Shown: in pieces, positions 35,124 through 47,400 of the stretch | How the letters are laid out: every line of letters starts with the position of its first letter | Position numbering within the stretch: position 1 is the stretch's first letter | Assembly (NCBI RefSeq): GCF_902459465.1 | Contig: NC_047073.1 | Coordinates: 2,976,001-3,040,000 of the forward strand | Length of the DNA stretch: 64,000 nt | Direction of reading: 5' to 3' | DNA from: Asterias rubens | Taxonomy: Eukaryota | Translations under genes and position numbers: made by a program | The notes under the pieces: generated by a model | What the model was told of the DNA's origin: nothing | The model's database searches: none | Seen by the model: the letters and a program-made list of their open reading frames with translations, nothing else

Positions 35124-35434
35124 TCACAACTCTCCATTTGTGTGATGTCTTCTGCCGTGCACATTCACTCTTTCAAGTTCATCGAGTTCCTTTTGCAAAT
35201 CCGTCACGGCGTGTACCTCCTGAGGTACGGCAAGGTCTAACGAGGCTTTCGTCTCCTCAGTCCCTCGCCCGTCATCGTCGTCGTCTTCAAGGGCCTTCTG
35301 GACGCTCTCAAGGTGCTCTACGTGTTTATCGTAAGAGTCATCCACCCAAATCCAATTGTTTGCGATCCATTTAGTTCCTTCCAGGACCTCACAGCCGCCG
35401 TGTAGAGAGTAATGGTTTAGGTCACCCATCCAGC
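35124..35434 (-). CDS. P4HTM: P4HTM exon 9
   Basis: gcacag|GC TGG ATG GGT GAC...; [29 protein letters not shown]; acidic tail ending TNGEL*. Confidence 0.93.
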
Positions 35435-38400
35435 CTGTGCAGGGTCAGCAGAAATACAAATTGATTATCTACAGTCTTTCAGGTTTTCTTCCCTATGGAA
35501 AGCATTCAATGCACATATTATATATTATAAAAAATAACCTCCGATTTTAGTCTGCGGTTGATATGAGGCTATATCTTCCCAATATGCCAAAATGCATAAC
35601 ACTTTCAATTGGGTGGGTGGGGCTAAGAGCTAACTATGTCAACAGACTTAGTAGGGCTTACCAAAATGTAAATGATTGCGTTCAAAACAGAAAAACATAA
35701 TGCAATAGCTCACAATGACGCACAAATTGTAAGCAAATCATATGGTGTCGGCATAGTATCACATTATCTTCTCGGCAAGGTCTTTCACAATGTTATAGAT
35801 ACTGCTCGAGTGTTGTGCTATGATGGGGCAGATAGGGGAAATAATGGGTGAGTATTTGGGTGAGTACATTTGAGCGAGACTATGGTATGAGAAAGCATGG
35901 TTGACTATTAGACCTATCACGGATTTGAATTTTCAATAGCATTGGACATCTTGTCTCAGTTTATTGATGTTATAAAATGGGCCAGATATTTGCATGCTCT
36001 TATGGCTTTTACGCTATAAAGCGTAGCTTTTAAACAGTGAAGTGGGGGGGGGGGCGAGGGTGTTATTTGCCCGAAATTGTTGAACGTTCTTCTCTATTTT
36101 TGTCTTGCTGTGCCTGACGTTTCCCAATTGTTTTGCTTGAATTTTGGAGGATAGTTGACCGAACCGTTCCACGCTGGGTCGGATGCGCTTGACACACATT
36201 GGGCCTACGCCAAAAGGCAAGTTTAGCCCCCCACCCCCCAATCGCCAGTTTGCTAATTACCTGTTGTTTGGTTGATGTAATGATTGTACCACATGACAGC
36301 TTTTCCTTTCTCTGGTTTGATAAATAAATTGGCATCGTGGCAGTGCTGGCTCAAGTCGTAGATCTCTGTCTTCGTTGCCTGTTAATGACACAATACATGT
36401 GTGATATTGTTATCAATATTACTTCAACTCAAAATGCTTCCCATGTGCGTATGCTTTGCACACCCGAAGTTTTCACTCTGTTGGCTACAAGCTGGCATAC
36501 ATTCACCAAACATTACCCATTTCATCGTTGACAAAAAAAACCCGTTCAATTTGAGAACAATCTATCTTTGAAGAATGTGTACAACTAACCTAATCAAAAC
36601 AACCATTCAATTTCACTCAGACCCAAGTATATTTAAAAGCATGGTAAGAAGGGAACTAACCATATTGGTATAATAAAGCTCGTTTGCGTCTTGTCATTTA
36701 CAAAGACAAGCATCCAATCTAACAATTACTTATATCGTTCAATTGAATATTATACATATATATAAACCCACATGCCTTATAAATGAAATTGAATGATTGT
36801 TTCAACTGAAGAAGCTAAATCAACTATAAAACAGGATTTTGTTTGCCACACAAATATGACTGGAGACGTCTATACTATTGTTTATGTATTATTTTTCCCG
36901 CAAAGTTGCTGTTATAAACAACTATACGTCATGACGCACAGCATGCAGTGAACAAAATAGTTTTCTAATCCACTAACGGCAGCTTTCATGGCCCATTGTT
37001 AAGGCATTTCACGTCAAACGCTTCATAATTCGAATATGTTATTAATATTTAATTTGACTGCACCTGTTCACTGTTGGTAATTCCTTCTGGAATTCAAAGC
37101 AGGATTTTTCTTCATGAATAATTAAAGGATTGCAAACCGAACAATACTGCTATGACTGAACACTGTGCGCAAATCTCGTGTGTATTCAAACGTTGGACCA
37201 AAAGTGCCATATTTTCGGGCAATTTGGACTTTGGCCTCAAGTGCAACCTCGTTCCCAGGGTTAATCGATCTCCCCACTTCATATATTTGGATCCAGCATG
37301 TGCTACTCACTAGTAAACCCCTGGGGCCAGTTTCATAGAGCTGCTTAAGCAAAAATATTGCTTAAGCACGAAAATAGCTTGCTTATTTGTTTTTATATGT
37401 TACTGCCAAAATGTCCATGTCGTATGCATTGCTTGTGACTGATATTTAGCTGTTGTTTACTTAGCAAAACAATTGAGTGGAGTCTTCGCCGGTAATCTGA
37501 TTTTACTAAGCAAGGATTTTTTTGCTTAAGCAAAATTTAGTGCTTAAGCAGTTGAGGCTTTCCATTCAGGACACACAATTCGAACTGCCAGTAAGTTTTG
37601 CCTTCGTACTGCATGGCTGCCTGGACCCAATTTAGAGCTGCTTAAGCACAAACTTTTGCTTAAGCAAAAAAATCCTTGCTTAGTAAAATCAGATTACCGG
37701 CCAAGACTCCACTCAATTCTTATGCTAAGTAAACAACAGCTAAATACTAGTCACAAGCAATGTATATGGCATGACATTTTGGCCAGTAACATGTGTAAAA
37801 TAAGGGAGCTGTTTTCGTGCTTAAGCACATTTTTTGCTGAAGCAGCTCTATGAAATTAGCCCCAGGGGTTTACTAGTGAGTAGCACATGCTGGATCCAAA
37901 TATATGAAGTGGGGAGATCGATTAACCCTGGGAACGAGGTTGCACTTGAGGCCAAAGTCCAATGCATTTAAATAACCCATTACCGTCCAATTGTAGCTAA
38001 TACAAACTCACTTTCTCCGAGTACGTCCCGTTGTCTGCAATAGGAAACGCTGTTTCCCCTCCACGTAGAGTGTCGTCAAGGTAGTATAGGATAGTCATAA
38101 ACCTGAGATTAAACAAAATACTTACCATTTATAAATGAGACAAAATGAAAAAGCGATGTCTGCCTGTATCAGTTGTGACTTCCATTGGTTTATCTCTTTT
38201 TTTTTTATATAGGACTCTCGTAGAATGACGATTGTTTATTAAAGGGTTGGGGTATTTTTTGTACGATACGAAACACAAACGCCCGCAGATTTAGATTAAA
38301 CTTACACCGTTAGCAGAAAGCTTCCCTTCAAATATTATTTCAAGGTAGTGGACACTATTGGTAATTACTCAAAATAATGATTAGCATAAAACCTTTCTTG

Positions 38401-41400
38401 GTTGCGAGTAATGGAGAGAGGTTGATAGTATAAAACATTGTGAGAAACAGCTCCCTCTAAAGTGAAACAGTTTTCGAGAAATCTGCTTAGCAATATTTTC
38501 TGCTTAACAGCTTTATGATGAAAGTGGGCCCAGTTCCCAAGTGCCTTGCCCTTTATGTCAATAAAACCAACATCAGCCACTTTAAACGGGGCTAGCTATA
38601 GACGTGCACGGCTCAATGCATAGTGCACTTTGAGTTCCAGCAACTCAGAATGGTAAATGAAGTGACTTGTCATGAAGCGTACCTGCAGAACCTTCCGGTC
38701 TGTCCGTTCCTCATGCATTCCATATCACTGTCTAGCTCATTGGAATCGTAATGAGCGTGGAAATGACCCCCAGTCTCGTACCGTACGACCTAATGGAGAG
38801 AGGTCAAGGGTCATATTATTTCTAGATTGAAATAAATTCAAATAGTTATTTTAATACACTATTGTGCTTGTGGTATCATCACTTGGTATCATCACTCAAT
38901 CGGTCATCGAAGTTGCAAGAAATTAATGAAAGAATAAATATACCTAGATGGACCGTTATTAATTGTTTGCGCAGCTTCCCCCCCCCCTTTTCCCCACGTT
39001 AGACTTCAGGACTTGCAATTACAAGGCTGTAGGTTCGAATCCCCTAAGTTTACCGCCGATTTAAAAATTATATACTAGAATAAACATTGTCTTCTATAGT
39101 CACCAAATCACAATTTCTCGAACAACAAACAAGCAAACAAAGACCAGGAGGGAAAACACACAGATTGATCCCTTCTATTAAAATGAGAATTCTAACTACC
39201 CTTGTGCTCTTGGAAACTGACAGATGTCTGCACTAGGCTCTCCAAGGCATACACACAAAATAATGACTTTCAAATTTAGAATAATCACCGACAGGGCTTG
39301 AAGGCCGAGCTCCTATGCCGACACAAGTGCAGTTAAGTGAAAAGGCACAACGACATGCCAGGGGTTTCTACAGTATATGAGTGCTAAGGGGTATAAGGAT
39401 ACGAACCTGAAGCTGCTCACTCCACTGAACTATCGTCTCAGGCAGCTTCGTTAACGACACAACCCTGAGGATATCAACCAGCAAAAGAAAGATACCACGA
39501 TGGGTAAATGCAAATCTGATGTACAGGCAGGAAACGTGAAACTGTCATTGATGCATCAGGGGATAAGTATATAGAACTGAGGGAATTGAGGCGTCTTAAA
39601 GGTCGGAATGTCACTGTCAGTCACATTGGTGTCACTGGTTTGCACTGAGGTCACTGAGCCACACTGTCGTAGGTGGGTGTCGTTACAGTTCACAATAAAG
39701 TCACCAAAAGTACAAAAGTCAAGTCACAAAAAATACAACGATTGGTCTGTATATTTTGTTGTTGTATAAATGAATCTCTGAAGAAGGCCCGGTTAGGATC
39801 GAAAGCTAAGGCCATCTACCATACTCATTAAATATACAAATTATTTGATATTACTTGAGAGGATTAATTGATAAATGTAGCCCCAAAATTGTACCCAAAT
39901 GTGTAGCCGGACCTAAATGTCGCCACCAAGTTGTACCTAAATGTCGCCCCGACCTTAATGTAGCGCCAAAGTTGTACCTAAATGTAGCCCAGCTTTTATT
40001 TAAAGGTACACGATTGTAAGGCCAACCCTGTTTCCTTTTTTAAATTGTTTTAGTGTAACAATTATTTTCGAGAAAACGGGCTGCAAAAGTCACGCACACC
40101 TATTGCTCTAATAGCCACAAACACGAATCTACTAGATATTCGTCTCAGGAAGTCTGTTGGATCATGTTAGATGCTCAGTCTGAGATTTAGTACAAACTTC
40201 ACTGGGGACAAGCAGCGGTGTCGCCATGACTTTTTGGGTTTGGCAGCAGCAGCACAGTTCCAGCAACAACAGCAGCAGCGGCAACAGCAGCAGTTTCAAG
40301 CAGCAGTAACATAACAATGTCAGCAGCAGCAACAGCAGCAACAACAGCGTGGGGCAGCATGCTTCCGAGCAACAGCAATTTGGTTTACTTGTGTTACCCC
40401 TGACCCGCATGATTTGTCCTTGTTTTTTGTATCCCTCCTGTTGTTGTTCCCATTTGGTTTTGTTTTCCTCCTGTATGCTCCGCCCTCAGCCGCCCTCTTG
40501 TAGTGTTTATTTTTTGCTTTTGTTTTCTTTTTCAAATATTTTATTTGAGTTAATTTAATTTAATTTAACCTTATTTATTCATTTATTTAATTATGTACTT
40601 ATTTTCCTCATTTCTTGCTTTTTTTCATAATTGTTTTTCCGTTAATGTTCTGTCTTGTGCTATTGTAACCTGATTGTTTGTATTGGTCGAATACATAATA
40701 ATGAAAAACAAAAAACAGCGCTGCATGTTTTGAAGTTTCAAAAGGGGAGTCAACGAGCTTACAAACGCTTACATTACTTATGATTAATGCAAGTGGAGAG
40801 TACATTACGGAGGTTAGGGCGTCAGACAAACGTAAAAAAACTTTCTGTGGTATATTATTACCTCACTATTTGGCAAAGATTTAACAAAGTAAGCAGACCT
40901 CTATACACAATTAGGATATCATTCAATGGTTCAACTTATTCAATTTTGAAAATTATTTTGTTATTCGTTTTCGAAGCCAACTTGGAAATCTGACACCGAC
41001 CAAAGGAGTTAAAGGTTTACTGCCATCTCAACGACCAATTCAAATTGCTTTATAATGCGAGCTGGATTACTGGAAATCGGTAATTTTCATTAAAAATCTT
41101 TTATAAACGTATTCAATTTATATGCACCCATTTTGAACATTTCGCACAATAAATGCCACCACCTGCACCGGGGCGATGACCATGTTCAGGGCATACTCAT
41201 TTGCATTGTGCCGCCTGTGGCGCCGCTAAGCGGTTGTAATGTTGTGTCACGAAGTTGGTTTGTGGCTAGATGGGGACGCTGTGAGGTTCAGTTTGTCTGG
41301 CAACGTGCATATATTTAGACCTACCTTATGATCAAAAACTGGGGTTTGGGGAAAAAACACTTCAGGATGGGACCAGTTCTCAAATAAGCTTCTGAGAAGT

Positions 41401-44400
41401 TGTGACCCGGATGCTTTTAGAGTGTACGGCGACACTATGCACACAATGATGGCGTGCACAGTTAAAGATATGGCCGCTGCCGGTATGCTACATTACTCAC
41501 GAGCCTCGACTCGAAGTATGACCTCAGCTAGAAGTTCCAGCTAATAAGGCACTGCCTGGTTTAAGTCCCGTAACAAAAGTGTTCGGTTTAAAACAAAACA
41601 TGCGGAGCCCCAAGTCGGAGCGTACCCTAAAGACGTTTCGAAACAGAGCATGCCCCCCCCCCAAAAAAAAAAAGTCTCTTTAGAGACCAATTCAAGAACT
41701 GACTTCGCGGAGTGCAGTTAATTACGATCCTATAAGCTAAAGTAGTAGTCCCCAATATCCGATAAACCTACTCCGAATAAAGTAAGACAGTTCTCTAAGA
41801 ACAAACTCTACCTGGCAAGTAGATACACACAAGGTGTTACCGCTAACCAAATATATATTGATACCTCACCATGCAATGCCTCAAATCCTACACACAAAAT
41901 TATTGATTACCAACAATAGGTTACCAGCCAGAATAATATACAGTAGCCATTGCTGCAACTGGTATCCTAACCCAATCATTTCTTCTTTATAAAGTGTAAT
42001 ATTTTGTGCTTCACAGCTTTGAAATTGGGCCATGATAATGCGTTTCGCGAAGAGGAAACAATGTGAAGAAAAAAAATGTTTATATGAACAAAATAATGGG
42101 GCAACGGCTGGCATGAGGGGGCCTTAAAATTCAATTTAGCAACGCAAGACGAACTTACTTTAATATGTGTACAGCTTAGTCCTAATGCCGATGCCATCGG
42201 TAATAATTTGGATTGTCATCCAAGCATGCCATCTCAATTATTGCATTGACAGATCGTAAAATCCTCGCCGCTGGGCTTAATATATCTATAACGGGATTGG
42301 ATTTCAGCACAACACAAAACATTGACCGTTAACTCTACGGTGACGGATTTTGATTAAACATTAGAATTTAAAAATGCACTGATCAGGCAAACCCTGCCTG
42401 TGCATTAATATCACATCAGTATTGGCCGCAGCTGGAAATTTGACAGTTTTGAAAACCTCAGGAAAGCATTACGGTTAAGGTGTGCAGAGGGGGAGAGAAA
42501 CATGGATCTGGACGGCAGGTGGTGAAGCACGAAATTGGACAAACTGCTTGTTGTTCACGTCTTGAAATCGAACTGAATTATGGCAGGGCTGATGTGTGAT
42601 GGACTACAATCACAACTGGGGGTTTAAAATAGCCAGCTTTCGGAACACGTACGTGTGCCCTTACAAATACCAACTTACGAGGTAATTATAGAACAATGCT
42701 ATCTTTGTTCTGGTACCCATCATATTTATTTACTTACTTATTTATATGTTTGTTTACTTATTTATTTGTGTTGTTTTGTCTAGGAGGGTATACGTAGTAA
42801 AACCAAACGGTCATTGTACTATCAAATCCCAATTGAATCACAAGGTATATGGTTCTCAACTAGTCTGGTAGCCCCTTCTCAGTCCAATAACATCGCACAG
42901 CATACCAATGCCAACATTTTATTATAAGAGCCCCCTAACCCTAGACAAGTCGACCTACCTCCAAGGGGAGCGAATCGGCATGCATCGACACGGCTAATAG
43001 AAGGGTAACCACCGGGCAATGAGGTGTGAAGTGCCCCGCTCCAAATCACCCGAATAGAACCAACAGTTTTAATATTGAGGCGGATGAAGACATGCGGCAA
43101 TAACGTGACGTGATTGCCGTATTATGCCAGTGTGCTTGGGATAGCTCTGCATCACCTCAAAGCCCGGAGTCTCTCTGCGTCTTGTCCATCAGGGAGATGG
43201 GCTTTGAGAAAGAGAAAGAAGCCTTAGGGCGTTCTCGTCATTTCTTAGTCCACATCCTCATCATCTTGTCTTATACAAGCTTCTAAATGTATCTCACTCA
43301 AGGAGCCCAATAGATGCTAAGTCTTCAACAACCAAACGCAATAAAGGTCGATCAGCCGCCATTAATGTATATAACACTAGAGACGGGTCCGCGTTGATGT
43401 GAAGCAGCACCTTATGGGATATTTCCTCCATACATTTTTCTTAAAGAGGTTGTATACGTTTGGTATCAATGTATAGATGATGTACAACATAAACTAACAC
43501 GTGAACATTTCATTTCAGGTGGTAGCGTTGTTGAGATATCAACAAAAACCTGGAGCAGAAGTCCACGCTGGAAGAAAAATCTACAATAGACCTTTTCGCA
43601 AATACCGGGGCGCGCGCGTAAAGCTTGGAATTAGGTGCATTGTGGTCTAGCTGGTATCCAAATTTGATCCATATATATCCCACAATGCACCTCATTCAAC
43701 AGTCTGCGCTTGCGCATTGGTATTTGCGATAAGGTCTATTGGCACATTCTGGGAAACGTTATTGTCAGATTAAAATTTGTGGGATAAAAAGTGATATGTT
43801 TTTCCATAACCGCAGTACTTTGAAGTGAAAAGTTTCTCAAAATGCATAACAATTTCAAAAGATGCTCGGTACTTCTCACCAAGGAAGTTTATATCGCCAT
43901 TCATTTTCAGAGTCATTAGCAAACGCCATACCTTTTTTTAAATAAAAGATCTGTATTAGCTACGTTTTGTCATGAAAACTTACGTAAGAATCTTGGATAG
44001 TATAATAAATGTTATAATCAAATTAACTTCGAAGTACTACGGTTATGGAAAAAGATACCCCCCAAACTGTGTATTTTTACAGGAATTGGTCTACATGTGC
44101 GGAAATAATTTGTACAGGTTTATTTTTATTGCCTATAATGCATTTATGTATGTATTAAAACAATCGAACGGTTCCAAAAAACAAATGAACACACTGCCTT
44201 TCAAACCAACTTTAAAATGCTTCAAGTCGTCTCTACTTATCATCTTACAACACCACATGGAACTATTAAGATTAGAGGCATGGTGCTATCGAGACGGAGC
44301 GGAGAAAACCAAACTTAATTTTGTGACTAAACAATTTCGAAGCGTGACTTCATACACGGCGCCAATTACGAGGAGTTTAGATGCGTGGGTGAAGCGAGGA

Positions 44401-47400
44401 CAGAGACGAAACTGTGGTACTGTTTACTGATTAATACAAACCCAATTAAAGGAAAAGACAACTCGATTAAAAGAGAAATTTTGTATAACTCGTTCATGGG
44501 AAATATCAAGGGGTAAACGCTAGCAAAGCTCGCTGTTTTCCCCGACAACTTCGGTGTCTTAGACGTAGAATTGGGTTGATTCATTTTAAACAGTCATCAT
44601 CTTCTCTGAGGTGATCTTTATAATTATCCACAAATACACTGACCTTTCTCAAACTCTAAACGGTTTGGGAATAGTATTTAAATGAAGTTTAAAGCTTGGC
44701 GTCACCGCATGGTGCGAATCTATTTAGATACTGTTGACTGTTATTTAAATTGTGGTTCGAAATGTGTTTGAATGAGGGCTCGTCGATACCCAAAGAAACG
44801 GAGAACTCGTTTTGATTTTGTGTACTCAAGAAAATACTGTATCATATTATGGAAACACATATAAATTATATGCTTCGTAAAAAGCTAGGATGGTTGTGCC
44901 TTCTGCTCTTACTACCAGCCAGGGGCCGTGTTCACGGAACTAGTGGATAATACCCTTGCCTACATCATTAGGGAATATGAAGGGGGCAACCCTGTTTCAG
45001 CCGAGTTGGCAACGTGCCCCTTGGTTGCATTGGATTTGGGCCGATAGCCCAAATCGGTTAAAAAGTGGCCTTATACCTTGTGGTGTTGGGAGATCCCTCA
45101 TGAAACAAAATTAAAATTAAAATAAATTACTTTTAGGTGAAGATTGTATTGAAACATTATTCAAAGTTGAGAGGACTTCTAACCAACCTTTTCTGTAGGT
45201 TAGCCAAGATAGGGTCTTTAGCAGGTCCGGGCTGGCCCAGCCAGGCTTGTTTGCTCTCCCGTATCCGATTCTCCTGATGTCCGGTCCGTTTCCAAACCCA
45301 ATTCTCTACGTCCATTAGTCTGTCATTGCTGACCAGGATCATGAACTCATCCAGGGTCAGCCATCCATCCGAGTCAGGGTCCAGATTGAGGTCAGAGTAC
45401 ATCTGCAGGACATCCTTGGGTCTCAAGAAGGTGTTTTCTGTGTTGAGGACGGCTAGGACTTCTTCAGCATCAAGAACCTTTGTAAACGACAAAGAGGAAA
45501 AGCCTTATAAAGCTTCCTTATTTCAAAATTTCCTTTACTGTATTACTTTAAACTTTCCGGTTATTATAACTGATCCGGATCAGGGAGCCCTGACCCATCT
45601 ACGGGCCGGTCAGGCTGATTGGAAAAGTGGTTCAAAAATTGTATTTTTTACTCGAATTTTGAAACCGTTTCGGGTCATCGGTGACACCTAATGGGTCAGG
45701 GGTCAATTTCACTACTGCAGTCTAACCACTCATTTATTTAGGCGTACGATCTCCAATGATAACCATTTTAAATGTTGTGATGATTTTGCTGTCGGGAATA
45801 GACGGACGAGGACTACGCTGGAGGCGGTAAAGATGCTGATGATAATTGCAATCGGCAGCGTAATGTTACAATGGTCACATCTCATTCAGGCAGATCGACT
45901 TACAGATTCTGGGCGCAACAAGTAGGGCCTACTTCAGCATATTGAGTGGCTTTCATTAGTTTGTTCGAAAACAAACATAATGGAGGACATCAGGGTCTGT
46001 AATGGGAGTATACGTTTGGCTGAAATTCGAGTCATGAAAGTTCTTCAGTTCCACGTTATGACGGATACTAATAAGTGGAATTGACCTACTTTGGTTACCG
46101 TTAATTTCTCCGGGGAAAAACATGGAGCGTCATTGAGTCAAATCATTGCTAGAATTATGTACAATGTAAAATGTTGTTTGTTTTTCTTCCTTTTGGTTGA
46201 AAACGAATGTGTATTTGAACGGGATGAGTGCATTCAGCGTTTGTTTTTCTTAATATCTTCAGAGTAGGCCTACTTTTATGTTAGACTAGCTTATGCAAAA
46301 TAAGGCAAAGCAAGAGCGACGAAAATGGGCTTTGTTAAAATAAACTACAAGCGGAAATAACAGTTTAAAAGAATATAGACAAAATGATGCACCCTCTTGT
46401 GCCACCCAATGTTTTAACCTAGTTTTACTGCTGTTGATGAGAGGGCACGTGTGGGTGACTTTAAACAAAGGAAAAACAAAAAATTTGATATCAAGGTTTT
46501 TAAATGTTTTATCTCCCCATGGACATCAAGCCAGATTTTTAGGGATATATATATATATATTTTTTTTTTTTTGGGGGGGGTTCGTTTTTGGGATACGGGG
46601 TGTTTGATTGTCAATATTTGTTACTATTTACTTTACCATATCATTGTTGACATCCAGCTCATTAAACACTCCACTCGTAGTCTCCTCATCAGTCGGAGAG
46701 TCTTCCTCTGTAGTGTCTACATCATCCTCGTCTGTATCCTCACTGTTAGCCAACGAGTTGTAATAAGCCTCATCGTTAACTCCACTAGGGTATAAACCTT
46801 CATTCAGTGCTCGGCCTACTATATACTCGCACTCCTCCGGCGTCAGGAAATCTGGAATTTCTATTTAAAAGAAGAGATTAGTGTAGGGAAAAATTCAGAT
46901 TTTCTTCTTCTTGAGACTATCAAAATATCTGGGCCCGATTTCATGGATCTGCTTACCGTAAGCAAAGAATCGGCGCTTACGGAAGCAGGGAGTTATGTGC
47001 TTACGTCAGTCGTACTTCACGGGTTAGCAGGTAATTTTGGCTTGTGCGCGTGCGTACTCCACGTTACTACACTGTAAAAAGTATCCGTATTTTAACGGAC
47101 TCCGTAAAGTGAATTATTCCGTAAATTTCGCCGTTATTTTACGGGTTTTCCGTATATGCAAATATTAATTACGCTAATGAGCGTAATTACAATCAACCAC
47201 GTTTGCCCAAACACCTACACATAATAAAGTACATGTAAGTATATATTTAGTTTCAGCCACAACCGTGTACACATGTACAAACCCACGTTAAGGGATTTTA
47301 TATTTTACGGAATGAAAAACTTTGTCCGTGTCTCATCTTGCGTGACTTGTTCGAACAGTGTGTGGGTGTGAGAGTTTCACGCTCAAACACCAGGTGATAG

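Noticed and set aside
40162-40558. Poly-Leu / poly-Cys / poly-Gln ORFs
   Set aside because: Products of the CAG/CTG tract; no splice-supported coding structure.
43972-44430. 152-aa ORF, the longest unassigned one
   Set aside because: Runs through a non-autonomous repeat (also at about 53330-53610); composition is typical of AT-rich non-coding DNA.
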